Below are positions 52,200 through 64,000 of a stretch of DNA of 64,000 nt, in pieces. The notes beneath the pieces are model-generated. The model had not been told where the DNA came from. It worked only from the letters and a program-made list of their open reading frames with translations, and made no database searches. How positions within the stretch are numbered: the stretch's first letter is position 1; each line of letters starts with the position of its first letter. Made by a program: the position numbers and the translations under genes. Source of the DNA: Octopus sinensis (taxonomy: Eukaryota). Where the stretch lies: positions 31,620,001-31,684,000 of the forward strand of contig NC_043010.1 in NCBI RefSeq assembly GCF_006345805.1, written 5' to 3'.

Positions 52200-54865
52200 C
52201 AGAATGCATTTCCATTTTCGGCGATGCCTTCAGGTTTGTGGACGTACCAAATTTTTGCTCTGTCAAGTCCATACTTGTTGCAAAGTGTCCAATGGACAAA
52301 CCTGGTTATATTGTCGTGACGTCACTTATATTCCTTCTGGGCTAGTGGCGTACATTGGCTGGTGATATGCCATACGGTTTCACCGTTTTGTCCACTTTCT
52401 GCTGTGTTGTCTATTCTGTATTTTATGTAGTTTGTTCTTAGTGCTTGCTCTTGGGCAGCACAGATTGGAGCCTCCGTTTCCGGTTTTAAATCACTTTTAG
52501 TCATCCACAGCCATCTTTTTTTCTCAGTCTGCCTTATCTTCAACATCTCTGTGAAATTGACCATGCATTCTTTTCTTTACCCACCTATTTTCAGTTTCAT
52601 TCGTTTTCAATTTCTTATATAGTACTTTATCTTTGCAATCTTTCATCCTACACAAGCCTGACTTCTTACTTCTAATAATAGCGGTTATGTGGCATTTTTT
52701 ACATACCATGCTATGCTTTTTTCTTCTGCTCTAATGCTGTGCTCGCATTCAATAAGTCCTCTTCCCCTCTTTTCTTGGTACATACAGTCTGTCTGTGTCA
52801 CTTTTTGGGTGGAGTGACCCATATCTAATTACCAGCTTCCTTGTCTTTCTGTCTAAGCTGTTTAGTTCGTCTACTTGTCCATGCGATTACCCCTGCTCCA
52901 TATCTAAGAAATGGAACCGCCCAGGAGTTGATATCTTCAATCTTATTCCGTCTGTTTAATTTCGACTTAAGGATCAGTCTCAGTCTGCACAAGTACTCCA
53001 CCTTAAATTTTTCTGTCATTTCTTTCTCCATCAATTTATCCATTTCCAAAATCCCAAAGGACTTATAGTCTGCCTCTTTTATCTGCTTCATAACCTCCCC
53101 CGACGGTATCCTTAGCTCGTTTATACATTTGGTTTTTCCTCTCTTCAAGTCTAACACACCAAACATTCTCAGTCCGAGCTCCAGTCTGATATCAGCACTG
53201 AAAGTGTACACCATATAAACGAGGGAACTGACTTGGGCTTCATCTTTACCATAAAGTTTGAGGTCATCCATGAATAACAAATGGCTGACTTTTTGTTGGT
53301 GGCTTTTCAATACATACCCAGCTTTTGCTTTCCTCAGAATCAGTGTTAGTGGTATCAAGCACAGTACAAAGATCAGTGGGGACAGGCAGTCCCCTTGAAA
53401 GATCCCCCTCCTAATTTCTACTGTCCCTAAACTTCTTCCGTATGCTGTCAGGTCCGTCCTCCAAGTCATACTTTTTACAAGCAATCGCTCAACATTCGAT
53501 GCAATACTAAATAGGTTCATACACTCCATAATCCAAGAATGTGGGATCATATCGTACGCCTTACGATAGTCGATCTATGACATGGCTAAGTTACTTTTCC
53601 TCCTCTTGCAGTCTCTAAGTACAGCTTTGTCTATCAGGAGTTGATTCTTGGTACCTCTGCACTTACGCTTGCAACCCTTCTACCCATGTGGCAAGACTCC
53701 ATTTTTTCCAGATGTTCGTACTTTGACTCTGCGAGTATTCCAGTCAATAACTTCCACATAAGTGGCAAGCAGGATATCGGCCTGTAATTGTCTACCGTAT
53801 TGCGTTTTTCGATATTTTTCAGGCACAGTACTGGACTACCCATTCGTGCATGACACTCACCAAATCTTTTGATCCAGTAGCCTTGAATTCCATCTGGACC
53901 CGGGGCCTTCTAGTTGTTCATTTTTTGCTGATTTCCTTCACTTCCTAACTGAAATGACTAGTTCTGCCTGTTTTGGACAGACTAATGTTTGTTTCAGTTC
54001 TCGTGCTTCTTGTCTTTGCTTCAGATGTCACTCCAAAACACATGACTTTCAATGTTATCTGGTATCAACTTTTCATTTGTACACTCTCCATTTATTTCTA
54101 TATAGAATCTCTTCTGAATAACCTATTCTGGAGGTAATCCTTCATTCATTGGTCGTATCTTACTATCTTTGCTTTCTTTGCAACGAGGCGCTGTTTCAGG
54201 TCCTCCATTACTACTTTCAGACCCTTTCTTTCAATATTATACTTGCTTTTCAGCGCCCTGTATTTTTGTTCGTTTTTAAGTTCCCCTTTCTCTTTTCGGT
54301 CTAACATAGAGATTTCCTTCGAGAGCATGTCTAACCCTGCCTGGATTCTTCTTTTCCACCATGGATATTTTCTTTTGTCACTCTTGTTTCTTTTTGTTGA
54401 CTTCAACACCCACATTTTCTGCTACAACAATACTTGCTGTCTTGATCAAATTATTTGTTCCTGTGATGTTGTTTGTTCTGATGTATTTCAGAATTTCATT
54501 GGCGTTTTTCGTTTCTTGGTTCAATTTCCATCGATAAACCTTTCTAAGGTTGCAAATAATATTGCTATCGCTTTCCTGTAATCTTACCTTTATTCTGTCG
54601 TAGATTGCCTTTTGTTCATCTGTCATGTTGCCATTGGTTTTATTGTCTTCTTTTAGATCATCCATATGTCTCTCATCAAGTTAACTACCACTGCTCCTTT
54701 CCTGTGCTATGAGATTACTCTTATTAGTAAGAACTGTATTTTCATTGTCATCTCTGCTGCTATTTTCCATGACCCGTCTTTTGATAGCTTCGGGCTCTAC
54801 TTCTGTGAACCAACAATTTTTTCTTATTGCTCTAACTTGATCACATAGTCTCTGTTCCGTGATAT
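52200..54865 (-). mobile_element. R4/Dong-like LINE, N-terminal region through RT and zinc knuckle, decayed
   Basis: TEQRLCDQVRAIRK; [19 protein letters not shown]; RRGIFQGDCLSPLIF..HLLFMDDLKLYG; AAQEQALRTNY. Multiple stops and frameshifts. Confidence 0.92.
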
Positions 54866-54946
54866 TGTTATTATTATTATTAATAATAATAATAATAATT
54901 ATTATTATTATCATTATTATTATTATTATCATCATCATCATCATCA

Positions 54947-55503
<557 letters not shown>

Positions 55504-55509
55504 TATTAT

Positions 55510-56085
55510 CTGAGGTTTTATTGTGGACTCTTGCACGCGTAGCGGGCTTGCTGCTTGCAGCCTCCGGTACCATGCTATCTGTTCTTTTAAACTAATACTT
55601 CCCTGATCATTCTGGCAGTGCCAAGGAGGCCAAACCTTTTGTAACAGCTCTACTGGGCACTCTATTCCAATTTCCTCTATATTTCTCTTCATGCCTTCTG
55701 ATACTGTCCCCAAAGAACCAACAATAATTGACACTATCTTCACCTACTTCATTTTCCATAGCCGGGATATTTCGTACTGAAGAGAATTGTGTATATCTAT
55801 TTTTTCGCCTTCCAACTATATAGCACATGTGGTGCATCTTGCCCACCACCACTAGGTCCGATCTGTTATGTTCTAGCACCTGATCTGTTTGGATTGGGAA
55901 ATTCCAGAGCATTCTGCCGGTCTCCGACTCTGCAGTGTGTGCTCATACCACGAGGCTTCACTTTTCGCACAGTTTCCAATGTAGCACTTTTGCTACTTCA
56001 TCCTGTTGCCACAACTTGTAATGGTCATGGGTATTCGTTCGCAATATGGGCAGGGGTTTCGTCCACTCTATTATAGATGTGGCAC
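55510..56085 (-). mobile_element. R4/Dong-like LINE 3' end (RLE endonuclease) followed by (TAA)n
   Basis: LWNFPIQTDQVLEHNRSDLVVV..; IIVGSLGTV..ELLQK. The 3' end runs into (TAA)n. Confidence 0.85.
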
Positions 56086-56152
56086 AGTGGAGACACACAC
56101 ACAAACGTGTGTGTGTGTGTGTGTGTGTGTATTTATCAAAAGGGCACACAGA

Positions 56153-56445
56153 ATAAGGAGTTAAAACCCTCAGTTAAACCACAAATAACCCTGAAAAATT
56201 CAACAGAAAAACAAGTAGAAGAGCGAACGGGTTAAATAATTTTGACATACTAAAGACAGCTCAATGCTAAATATTTCGGTATTTGGATACACTTGAATCA
56301 TGAGTGTATACAAATGCCAAAATATTTAGCATTGAGCTGTCTTTGGTATGTCAAAATCATTTAACCCGTTTGCTTGTCTACTGTTGTTTTTCTGTTGAAT
56401 TTTTCAGTGTTATTGGTAGTTTAATTGAGGGTTTTAACTCTTCTT
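56153..56445. repeat. Fold-back element, ~140-bp imperfect arms
   Basis: gagttaaaaccctca...gacagctcaatgctaaatattt versus aaatatttagcattgagctgtc...tgagggttttaactc. Confidence 0.85.
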
Positions 56446-57760
56446 TCTAGCAGATAGGTGCCTTGTGTGACCTTATGATAAATATTATATTTTAATTCAA
56501 TAGCTATCTAATGCTATTTAAAACCTGCAACCACCTATATTATTGTTGTTGTTATTATCAACTATTTATATTTACCGCAGGTAATACTAACAATAATAAT
56601 ACCTATATAAATATTCACTCCTGAATATTTACTGTATGTATATATATGTACCAATAATGACTACTGGAAACAGCTGCGTGCCAAATTTGCTCTAATAAAT
56701 GAATTATATCTAATGACCATTATTTTTAACATGTTTCTTACACACACACACACACATACACACATCGACAAACTGCGTGTGACGACAAAAGTGTCAAACC
56801 TCAATATCGTTGAAAATGGCGGACGAAATTTATTAAATGACACGTATCATTTCCCTTCAGCAATTTAAGTTTGCACCAACAATGCGAATATTGCGGCACT
56901 TCTATTGTTTTCCATAGCTGTGTCATTTAGTGTATATTAATATTTATTTATATAAAGGTGGTGAGCGGGCAGAATCGTCAGCACGCCGGTCAAAATGCTT
57001 GGCGGCATTTCGTCCGTCTGCACATTTTGAGTTCAAATTCTGCTGAGATTGACTTTGCCTTTCATCCTTTCGGAGTACCAGCTGAGCATTGAGGGATTGA
57101 TGTCATCGACTTACACTCTCCCCCAAAACTGCTGGTCTTGTACCAAAATTTGAAACATGTATCTACGAGTGACTGGAGAAACGAAAGAAAGAGCAACTCT
57201 ACACATCTAGTAGGTGTTGCATATGTTATTATTTAATAATTATTGCCAGAGTGTATTAAGGATATAAAACGACTGAGAAAGAAATTTATGTAATAAATTT
57301 TGAATTGGGAGTTTTTTTTGCATCAACTATATGTCACGGACTGCTTTTTGTGGTTTTAAGTCGTATGAGTTTAGGTTGGTTTCCATAATGGAGAATTGAA
57401 AGGAAATGTCGCTTCGAAAAAGATGGTATTTACTTGTCAGCTCTCGTATTTAGTCACGGCCAGCTTTATTTGGTACAAGAAGGAAAGAAAACTTTAAAAT
57501 TCTTTTGAAGGAAACAAGTAGTCAAGGGATGTTAGTTGCGGATAGATTTTCCACAAAAATTTGGTAATAAAAGAATTTATTAAACTAAAAACTTGGTTTT
57601 GTACCTTATTTATATATAAAATACTACAATTAGCATACGGTACGGGGCCATCTAGTATTTTATAAGCTTAAAACTTATAAGCAATCACTGTGTATTGACT
57701 AAAGAAAATAATCTAATATTGGGGCATGTAAGCCATCGACAGACAAAAAAGTGGGTTTTC

Positions 57761-57833
57761 CGTAGGCGTAGAACTCGAACCTACACCTGTGTGTTTTCGC
57801 GACCAGTGTGCTACCATTTACACCAACGAACCC
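57761..57833 (-). pseudogene. tRNA-like sequence (SINE head or tRNA pseudogene)
   Basis: D-arm GTG-TAAATGGTAG-CAC and T-arm GTAGG-TTCGAGT-TCTAC are present. Acceptor and anticodon stems do not pair. Confidence 0.5.
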
Positions 57834-57929
57834 ACCGTCACCTGAGTTAGGTTAAGAACTATAATTTCATAGTGTCGTTTTCTAAACAAGCTATCATGTA
57901 AGTTAATAATAATAATGATGATGATGATG

Positions 57930-58001
<72 letters not shown>

Positions 58002-58880
58002 TTTTAAAGCTTAAAGCTTAGAGGCGTTCAATGTGTATTGGTTAAAGAAAATAACCTAACATTGGGGCATATATGCCCTCATCAGGAAAAAGCTCATTTT
58101 CAGTGCGCGTAGGACTGGAACCTACACCTCTGTGTTAACCCACTTTTTATAAAAACCACACTACGAATTTATAGTTCTTAATGTGACAGAAACGAGCTTT
58201 AAGTTTATAAGCTTTAAGATTATAAAATGTTATTTACAGAATTGTGAAATTCGGCACCGCTTTTCAGAAACATCGCAGAAAACGGACTAGCTTACGTCTA
58301 GATAAATATTTATATTTAAATTCTATGTAAACAGGAGATATTGGATATAGAAATCACGCTTTATTACCTAATACTATGATTCATCAGCACCGTACAAACA
58401 GATAAACGACGAATTATTGTTATATTACATGAAATGTTTCCTTCTCGAGTTATGTCAGGCTCTTAAGGACCGGTTCCCCGGTTTCAGTGGCGTATATATT
58501 CTCCACCTGGACGGGACGCCGATCCGTCGCTGGGTTACTCATTTTTGCCAGCTCTAGAACACAACTCGACACCCAGACCAGGAATCGAAACCACAATCTT
58601 ATGATCATGAGTCCAACACCCTAATCAGTAAGCCAGGCGCCTCCACTATATATATATATATATATATATATACAATAAAATTATTACATTACAACCGCAT
58701 CATTACACCCTAACACAAGCGAATGGAGACTACTTGATGTAGAAACGCAGTGTTTGCTAACTTAAACCATATTTCATACTTCGCAGAATACCTTAGCACA
58801 TTGAAAAAGTAAAGCATCGCTTATATGTTAATCACAACCATACATACATACATACATACATACATACATACATGCATACA

Positions 58881-58949
<69 letters not shown>

Positions 58950-58953
<4 letters not shown>

Positions 58954-60952
58954 AGGATTAGCTCGTATACGAGTAGGTATATATTTGTAAAAAATGAAGT
59001 TCGAAAATGCTGCTGTATTATACAATTTTTAATTTTTATATATACATTATAACATGTTTCAGTTCCTGAATGAACCTTATCAAAAAAAGTTATATATAAA
59101 AAGAGACAGCTCATGCCGTCAAACACAAGAAATTCATTTATAATACACAACGGAGTCAGACATCTTAGAGTTCATGTATAGTTGATATATAGTTCATGTA
59201 TAGTTGATATATAGTTTGAAGTATATGTTCAAAGTGTTCGATGCAGTGGCCCACGGTGGCGATACGTATTCAATACAAAAAACAGATCAAAGTGGTGGAA
59301 AGCGGTCAATACAGAAGATTGATGTTTCCGAAAGAGCGAGGAATTCATTTTTACCTTAAGCAATTGTGATGACCCATGGTGGAAGTTCGCTGGGTGGTTC
59401 TAGTGAGTTTTTGTGAAATGCTCGGTTTTATAATGCCTGTTAGGTGGTCAATCTAGCGTAGCGGACGTCATCAATGTTTTGACCAATCGTTTCGTTAGGT
59501 GGCTTTAACCAAGTGGAACGGGACGTCATCATTATTTTGACCAATCGCTGCATTATAACTCCCTCTTGTTTGTTTCCTGTCTTGACCAGTCGCTTCGTTA
59601 GTCAAGCATAGCGGGACGTCATCCAGATTCTGCCAAATCACGACTTATAGCTACATTAGATCTGCCCCCTGTCTGTACTTGTTAGTGTGATTCAAGCAGA
59701 AAAGGACGTCATCAATATTCTGACTAATGACTGTCCCCTGTTTGTATCTGTCCCATTCTAGCAGAGCTAGACGTCATCAACTTGTGACCAATCAGAATCG
59801 GGTCTGACCTTGGAAATGTAAATCCGAAATTTACAACTAACCCGCTCTATAAATTCAGTGACAACGCAACCTTCACACAACGCCAAAATAAAGAACTATA
59901 TTTCATAAAAAAATTTAGACCAAGTTTAAACACCCTGGGCCAGGAATACTAAAACAAAAGATAAGTCCTCCGAAAAGGAGAACCAAATTTCACCACGGCC
60001 GCTACTTCAAACAGACACTCACTCTGACGGAAATATGCCTTAGTAAAAAAGGAAAAAAAAAAAAAAAAAAAAAAAAAATTCTTTCGTGCAAATCTGACCC
60101 TGATACATACGATACAGCTAAGGGTCAGACCCGATTCTGATTGGTCAACAAGTTGATGACGTCTAGCTCTGCTAGAATGGACAGGATACAAACAGGGGAC
60201 AGTCATTAGTCAGAATATTGATGACGTCCTTTTCTGCTTGAATAGTCACCTAACAAGTACAGACAGGGGGCAGATCTAATGTAGCTATAAGTCGTGATTT
60301 GGCAGAATCTGGATGACGTCCCGCTATGCTTGACTAACGAAGCGACTGGTCAAGACAGGAAACAAACAAGAGGGAGTTATAATGCAGCGATTGGTCAAAA
60401 TAATGATGACGTCCCGTTCCACTTGGTTAAAGCAACCAACGAAACGAACGATTGGTCAAAACATTGATGACGTCACGCTACGCTAGATTGACCACCTACA
60501 GGCATTATAAAACCGAGCATTTCACAAAAACTCACTAGAACCACCCAGCGAACTTCCACCATGGGTCATCACATTGCTTAAGGTAAAAATGAATTCCTCG
60601 CTCTTTCGGAAACATCAATCTTCTGTATTGACCGCTTTCCACCACTTTGATCTGTTTTTTGTATTGAATACGTATCGCCACCGTGGGCCACTGCATCGAA
60701 CACTTTGAACATATACTTCAAACTATATATCAACTATACATGAACTATATATCAACTATACATGAACTCTAAGATGTCTGACTCCGTTGTGTATTATAAA
60801 TGAATTTCTTGTGTTTGACGGCATGAGCTGTCTCTTTTTATATATAACTTTTTTTGATAAGGTTCATTTCAGGAACTGAAACATGTTATAATGTATATAT
60901 AAAAATTAAAATTGTATAATACAGCAGCATTTTCGAACTTCATGTTTTACAA
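58950..60952 (+). mobile_element. Truncated Penelope-like element with ~830-bp inverted pLTRs
   Basis: Arms 58985-59809 and 60123-60952 are near-perfect reverse complements. The spacer encodes a GIY-YIG C-terminus-like peptide, NPKFTTNPLYKFSDNATFTQRQNKELYFIKKFRPSLN*. (TA)n on both sides. Confidence 0.72.
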
Positions 60953-60972
60953 TAATATATAATAATATATAT

Positions 60973-61004
<32 letters not shown>

Positions 61005-61069
61005 ATATATATATATTATAGAAGGAGCTTCTACAGGACTAGAACTGTTTCATTCAAATGAAATCTTCA

Positions 61070-61123
61070 GGGCTTCCTGAAGATTTCATTTGAATGAAAC
61101 AGTTCTAGTCCTGTAGAAGCTCC
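61070..61123 (+). ncRNA. Type I hammerhead ribozyme motif inside a perfect 114-bp palindrome (61017-61130)
   Basis: GGGCTTC-CTGAAGA-tttcatttgaat-GAAA-CAG ttctagtc CTG-TA-GAAGCTC. Canonical core, GUA triplet. Confidence 0.7.
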
Positions 61124-61519
61124 TTCTATAAAATAAATTAATTACTCTGCTATGTATTGAGTACCTTATTTACTGTGGTTAACCCCGACTCAACCCGGGA
61201 CCTACATATATATATATATATATAGATATATACTCACACACTCACACACACACATACATATATGTGTGTATACGCATTTATTTAAATATACATAAATGTA
61301 AGTAATTCTAGAATATTTTTAAAATACGTTTTCATTAGTGCAAGCATTTGATATAAAAGTTAATACGTTGATTAGAGTGGAATGGATGATTATTAAAAAG
61401 GCATATTATAAGAATAAATGATATATCAGTGTAATGTGTAGTCAATATATGTAAACACATGATAATATATATATATAATATATATAGTATATATATATTA
61501 TATATATATATATATATAT

Positions 61520-61860
61520 AAAATCAAAAATAAGCATAAGAATGATTCCGGTCATTTAGTACAATTGTTCATACTACAACCATTGTAAAAAGCTGTAAAT
61601 ATTACAGCAGATTTAAGATGCTGAGTATTATTCAGCTAATTTATATAGGTTTTCCAATATTTACCTACCTGTATATTTACCTTCCCTAAAATGTTACTAG
61701 TTGATTTGAAAGCTTTTATATTATTGGAAAACCTATATAAATTAGCTGAAGAATCCTCAGCATCTTAAAGCTGTAATATTTACAGCTTTTAATAAAATGT
61801 TGTAGTATGAAACAATTGTACTAAATTAGCGGTATCATTCTTGTTGCTTATTTTTGATTA
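61520..61860. repeat. Fold-back element, ~140-bp imperfect arms, next to (TA)n
   Basis: aatcaaaaataagca...cagctaatttatataggttttccaat versus attggaaaacctatataaattagctg...gcttatttttgatt. Confidence 0.85.
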
Positions 61861-62126
61861 TAATCACCCCGCAAATTTTTATGGACAACACCATACAAAA
61901 TTCTGGTGCATCTAAATTAAGTACCATATTCATTTGAATCTAAATTATTGCTGATCTTATATATATATACATACATACATACTACATATATACATACATA
62001 TAATATAATATATATATATATAATATATATAGTATATATATATGTATGTGTGTGTGTGTTGGTGTGGTGGTGCATATATATATATATATATATATATATC
62101 TATATAAGATATATATATGTAGATAG

Positions 62127-62157
<31 letters not shown>

Positions 62158-62166
62158 ATATAAATG

Positions 62167-62204
<38 letters not shown>

Positions 62205-62209
62205 TAATA

Positions 62210-62261
<52 letters not shown>

Positions 62262-62851
62262 ATATATATATAATACACATTTCCCTTTTGATATGATTGA
62301 ATATATATATATATATATAAATTTCGTTTTTATTTGGTTTGCAAAATTCTTTATGTGAATTCGTGTGTTGAAGCATATTTCATTGTGTCTGGGAAGAGTC
62401 ATTCTATTTTAATGCCTTATTAATTAACACACACACTGGTTCGATTTCTACTCATTTACTTATTTATTTTTTCTAAAATTTTCGTTGCTTCTTGAATACA
62501 AGAATATTAGAAAAAAGAAATAAATGAATGGAAATCAAAGCGGTGAGTGTGTTAAATAATAAGGCATTAAAACAGAACGACTCTTTCCAGACACAGTAAT
62601 GAATATATTCTTGTATTCTTTTACTTGTTTCAGTCAGTTGACTGCAACCATGCTGGAACATCGCCTTTAGTCGAGCCAGGACTTGTTCTTTTCAGCCTAG
62701 TACTTATTCTATCGGTCTCTTTTGCCGAACCACTAAGATCACGGGGACGTAAACATACCAGCATCGGTTGTCAAGCGATGTTGAGGGACAAATACAGACG
62801 CACAAATACATACATACATACATACATCCATACATACATACATACATACAT

Positions 62852-62908
<57 letters not shown>

Positions 62909-63144
62909 GACAAGCTTCTTTCAGTTTCCATCTACCAAATCAATCAGAGGTTTGGTCGGTCTAGGCTATAGTAGAAGACACTTTCCCAAGGTACCACTTT
63001 TCCCAACTACATGGTTCCGAGTTTAGTCCCACTGCATGGCACCCTGAGCAAGTGTCTCTACTATAGCCTCGGGCCGACCAAAACCTTGTGAGTGGATTTT
63101 GTAGACGGAAACTGAAAGAATCATGTCGTTCATATATTGTATAT

Positions 63145-63183
<39 letters not shown>

Positions 63184-63553
63184 GTGTGTTGTGTGTGTGT
63201 GTTTCTGTGTGTTTCTGTGTATGTATTTGTTCCTCCACCATCACTTAGCAGCCGAGGGGACGTTTACGTAACATAACGGTTCGGCCAAACAGACCGATAG
63301 AATAAGTACTAGGCGTACAAAGAATAAGTCTTGGAGTCGATTTGTTCGACAAATGGCGGTGCTCAAGTACCGCCATTTATTTGTTTCTCTCATTTGACAG
63401 AAACAAATAAAAAATAAAAAAGAATATATATATATATTTACACACACACACACACACACACACACCATATATATATATATATATATATAGTATATTTTGT
63501 GTATATGTATATATGCATGTATGTTTAAATATGTATGGTGTTTATATATATGT

Positions 63554-63653
63554 NNNNNNNNNNNNNNNNNNNNNNNNNNNNNNNNNNNNNNNNNNNNNNN
63601 NNNNNNNNNNNNNNNNNNNNNNNNNNNNNNNNNNNNNNNNNNNNNNNNNNNNN
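63554..63653. other. Assembly gap (100 N)
   Basis: Run of N. Confidence 0.99.
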
Positions 63654-64000
63654 TTATCATGAAAACCGCCACTGCTGGGCACAGGGCATACCGGCAGTGG
63701 TTGGGTGCGGTGGGAGAGATGGGATGTGTGTAGAAATTGTGAGCGTGAAAATAAAACTTTTCACGAACGTACCCCGTCCCTACACACACAATAAGTAGCA
63801 TGTTTATGTTCATATATTGTCATACTTGCTCTTTGAATAAAAATGTAAGAAGTAACAACGTTCAATATTCATTCTTAGTTTAGTCTTTAATATGATAAAT
63901 ATACACGTTTCTTTATTACCCACAAAGGGCTAAACATAGAGGGGACAGACAAACGAATTAAGGTCGATTACATCGACACCAGTGCGTAACTGGTACTTAA

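Noticed and set aside
57761-57833. Functional tRNA gene
   Set aside because: Acceptor and anticodon stems do not pair, and the sequence is part of a duplicated repeat.
58950-60952. Endogenous densovirus or Polinton terminal repeats
   Set aside because: No NS1, capsid, pPolB or integrase sequence. The spacer peptide fits a PLE GIY-YIG tail and the promoters face outward.
61740-61792. Hammerhead-like CTGAAGA...TAAA-stem in the fold-back
   Set aside because: Both arms have TAAA instead of the essential GAAA, and there is no credible stem II.

Overview
AT-rich, microsatellite-saturated animal genomic DNA. It is most likely a coleoid cephalopod (Octopus-like); this is inferred from the repeat landscape, not proven. 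The one host gene I can support is a minus-strand Hhex/PRH homeobox gene, which the ORF track shows only in part. Exon 2 is 33503-33316, a 51-nt recognition-helix microexon is 7042-6992, and a terminal exon encoding an Asp/Glu-rich tail is 4442-4161. The introns are 26.3 kb and 2.5 kb. The first coding exon could not be identified with confidence. The rest is mostly decayed mobile DNA: R4/Dong-like RLE LINEs in (TAA)n tracts, RTE and Tx1/L1-like LINE fragments, a Gypsy pol relic, mariner/Tc1/pogo elements, tRNA-derived SINEs, MITEs and many Penelope-like element (PLE) relics. The most striking non-annotated structure is a recurring set of PLE-type fold-back insertions with hammerhead-ribozyme motifs (about 8 candidates, several with core variants). 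These include a 2-kb element with ~830-bp inverted arms carrying CRE/CCAAT/TATA promoter arrays, and one hammerhead lying sense inside the Hhex pre-mRNA. No CRISPR array, rRNA or intact tRNA was found. All calls are by eye and unverified by database search.
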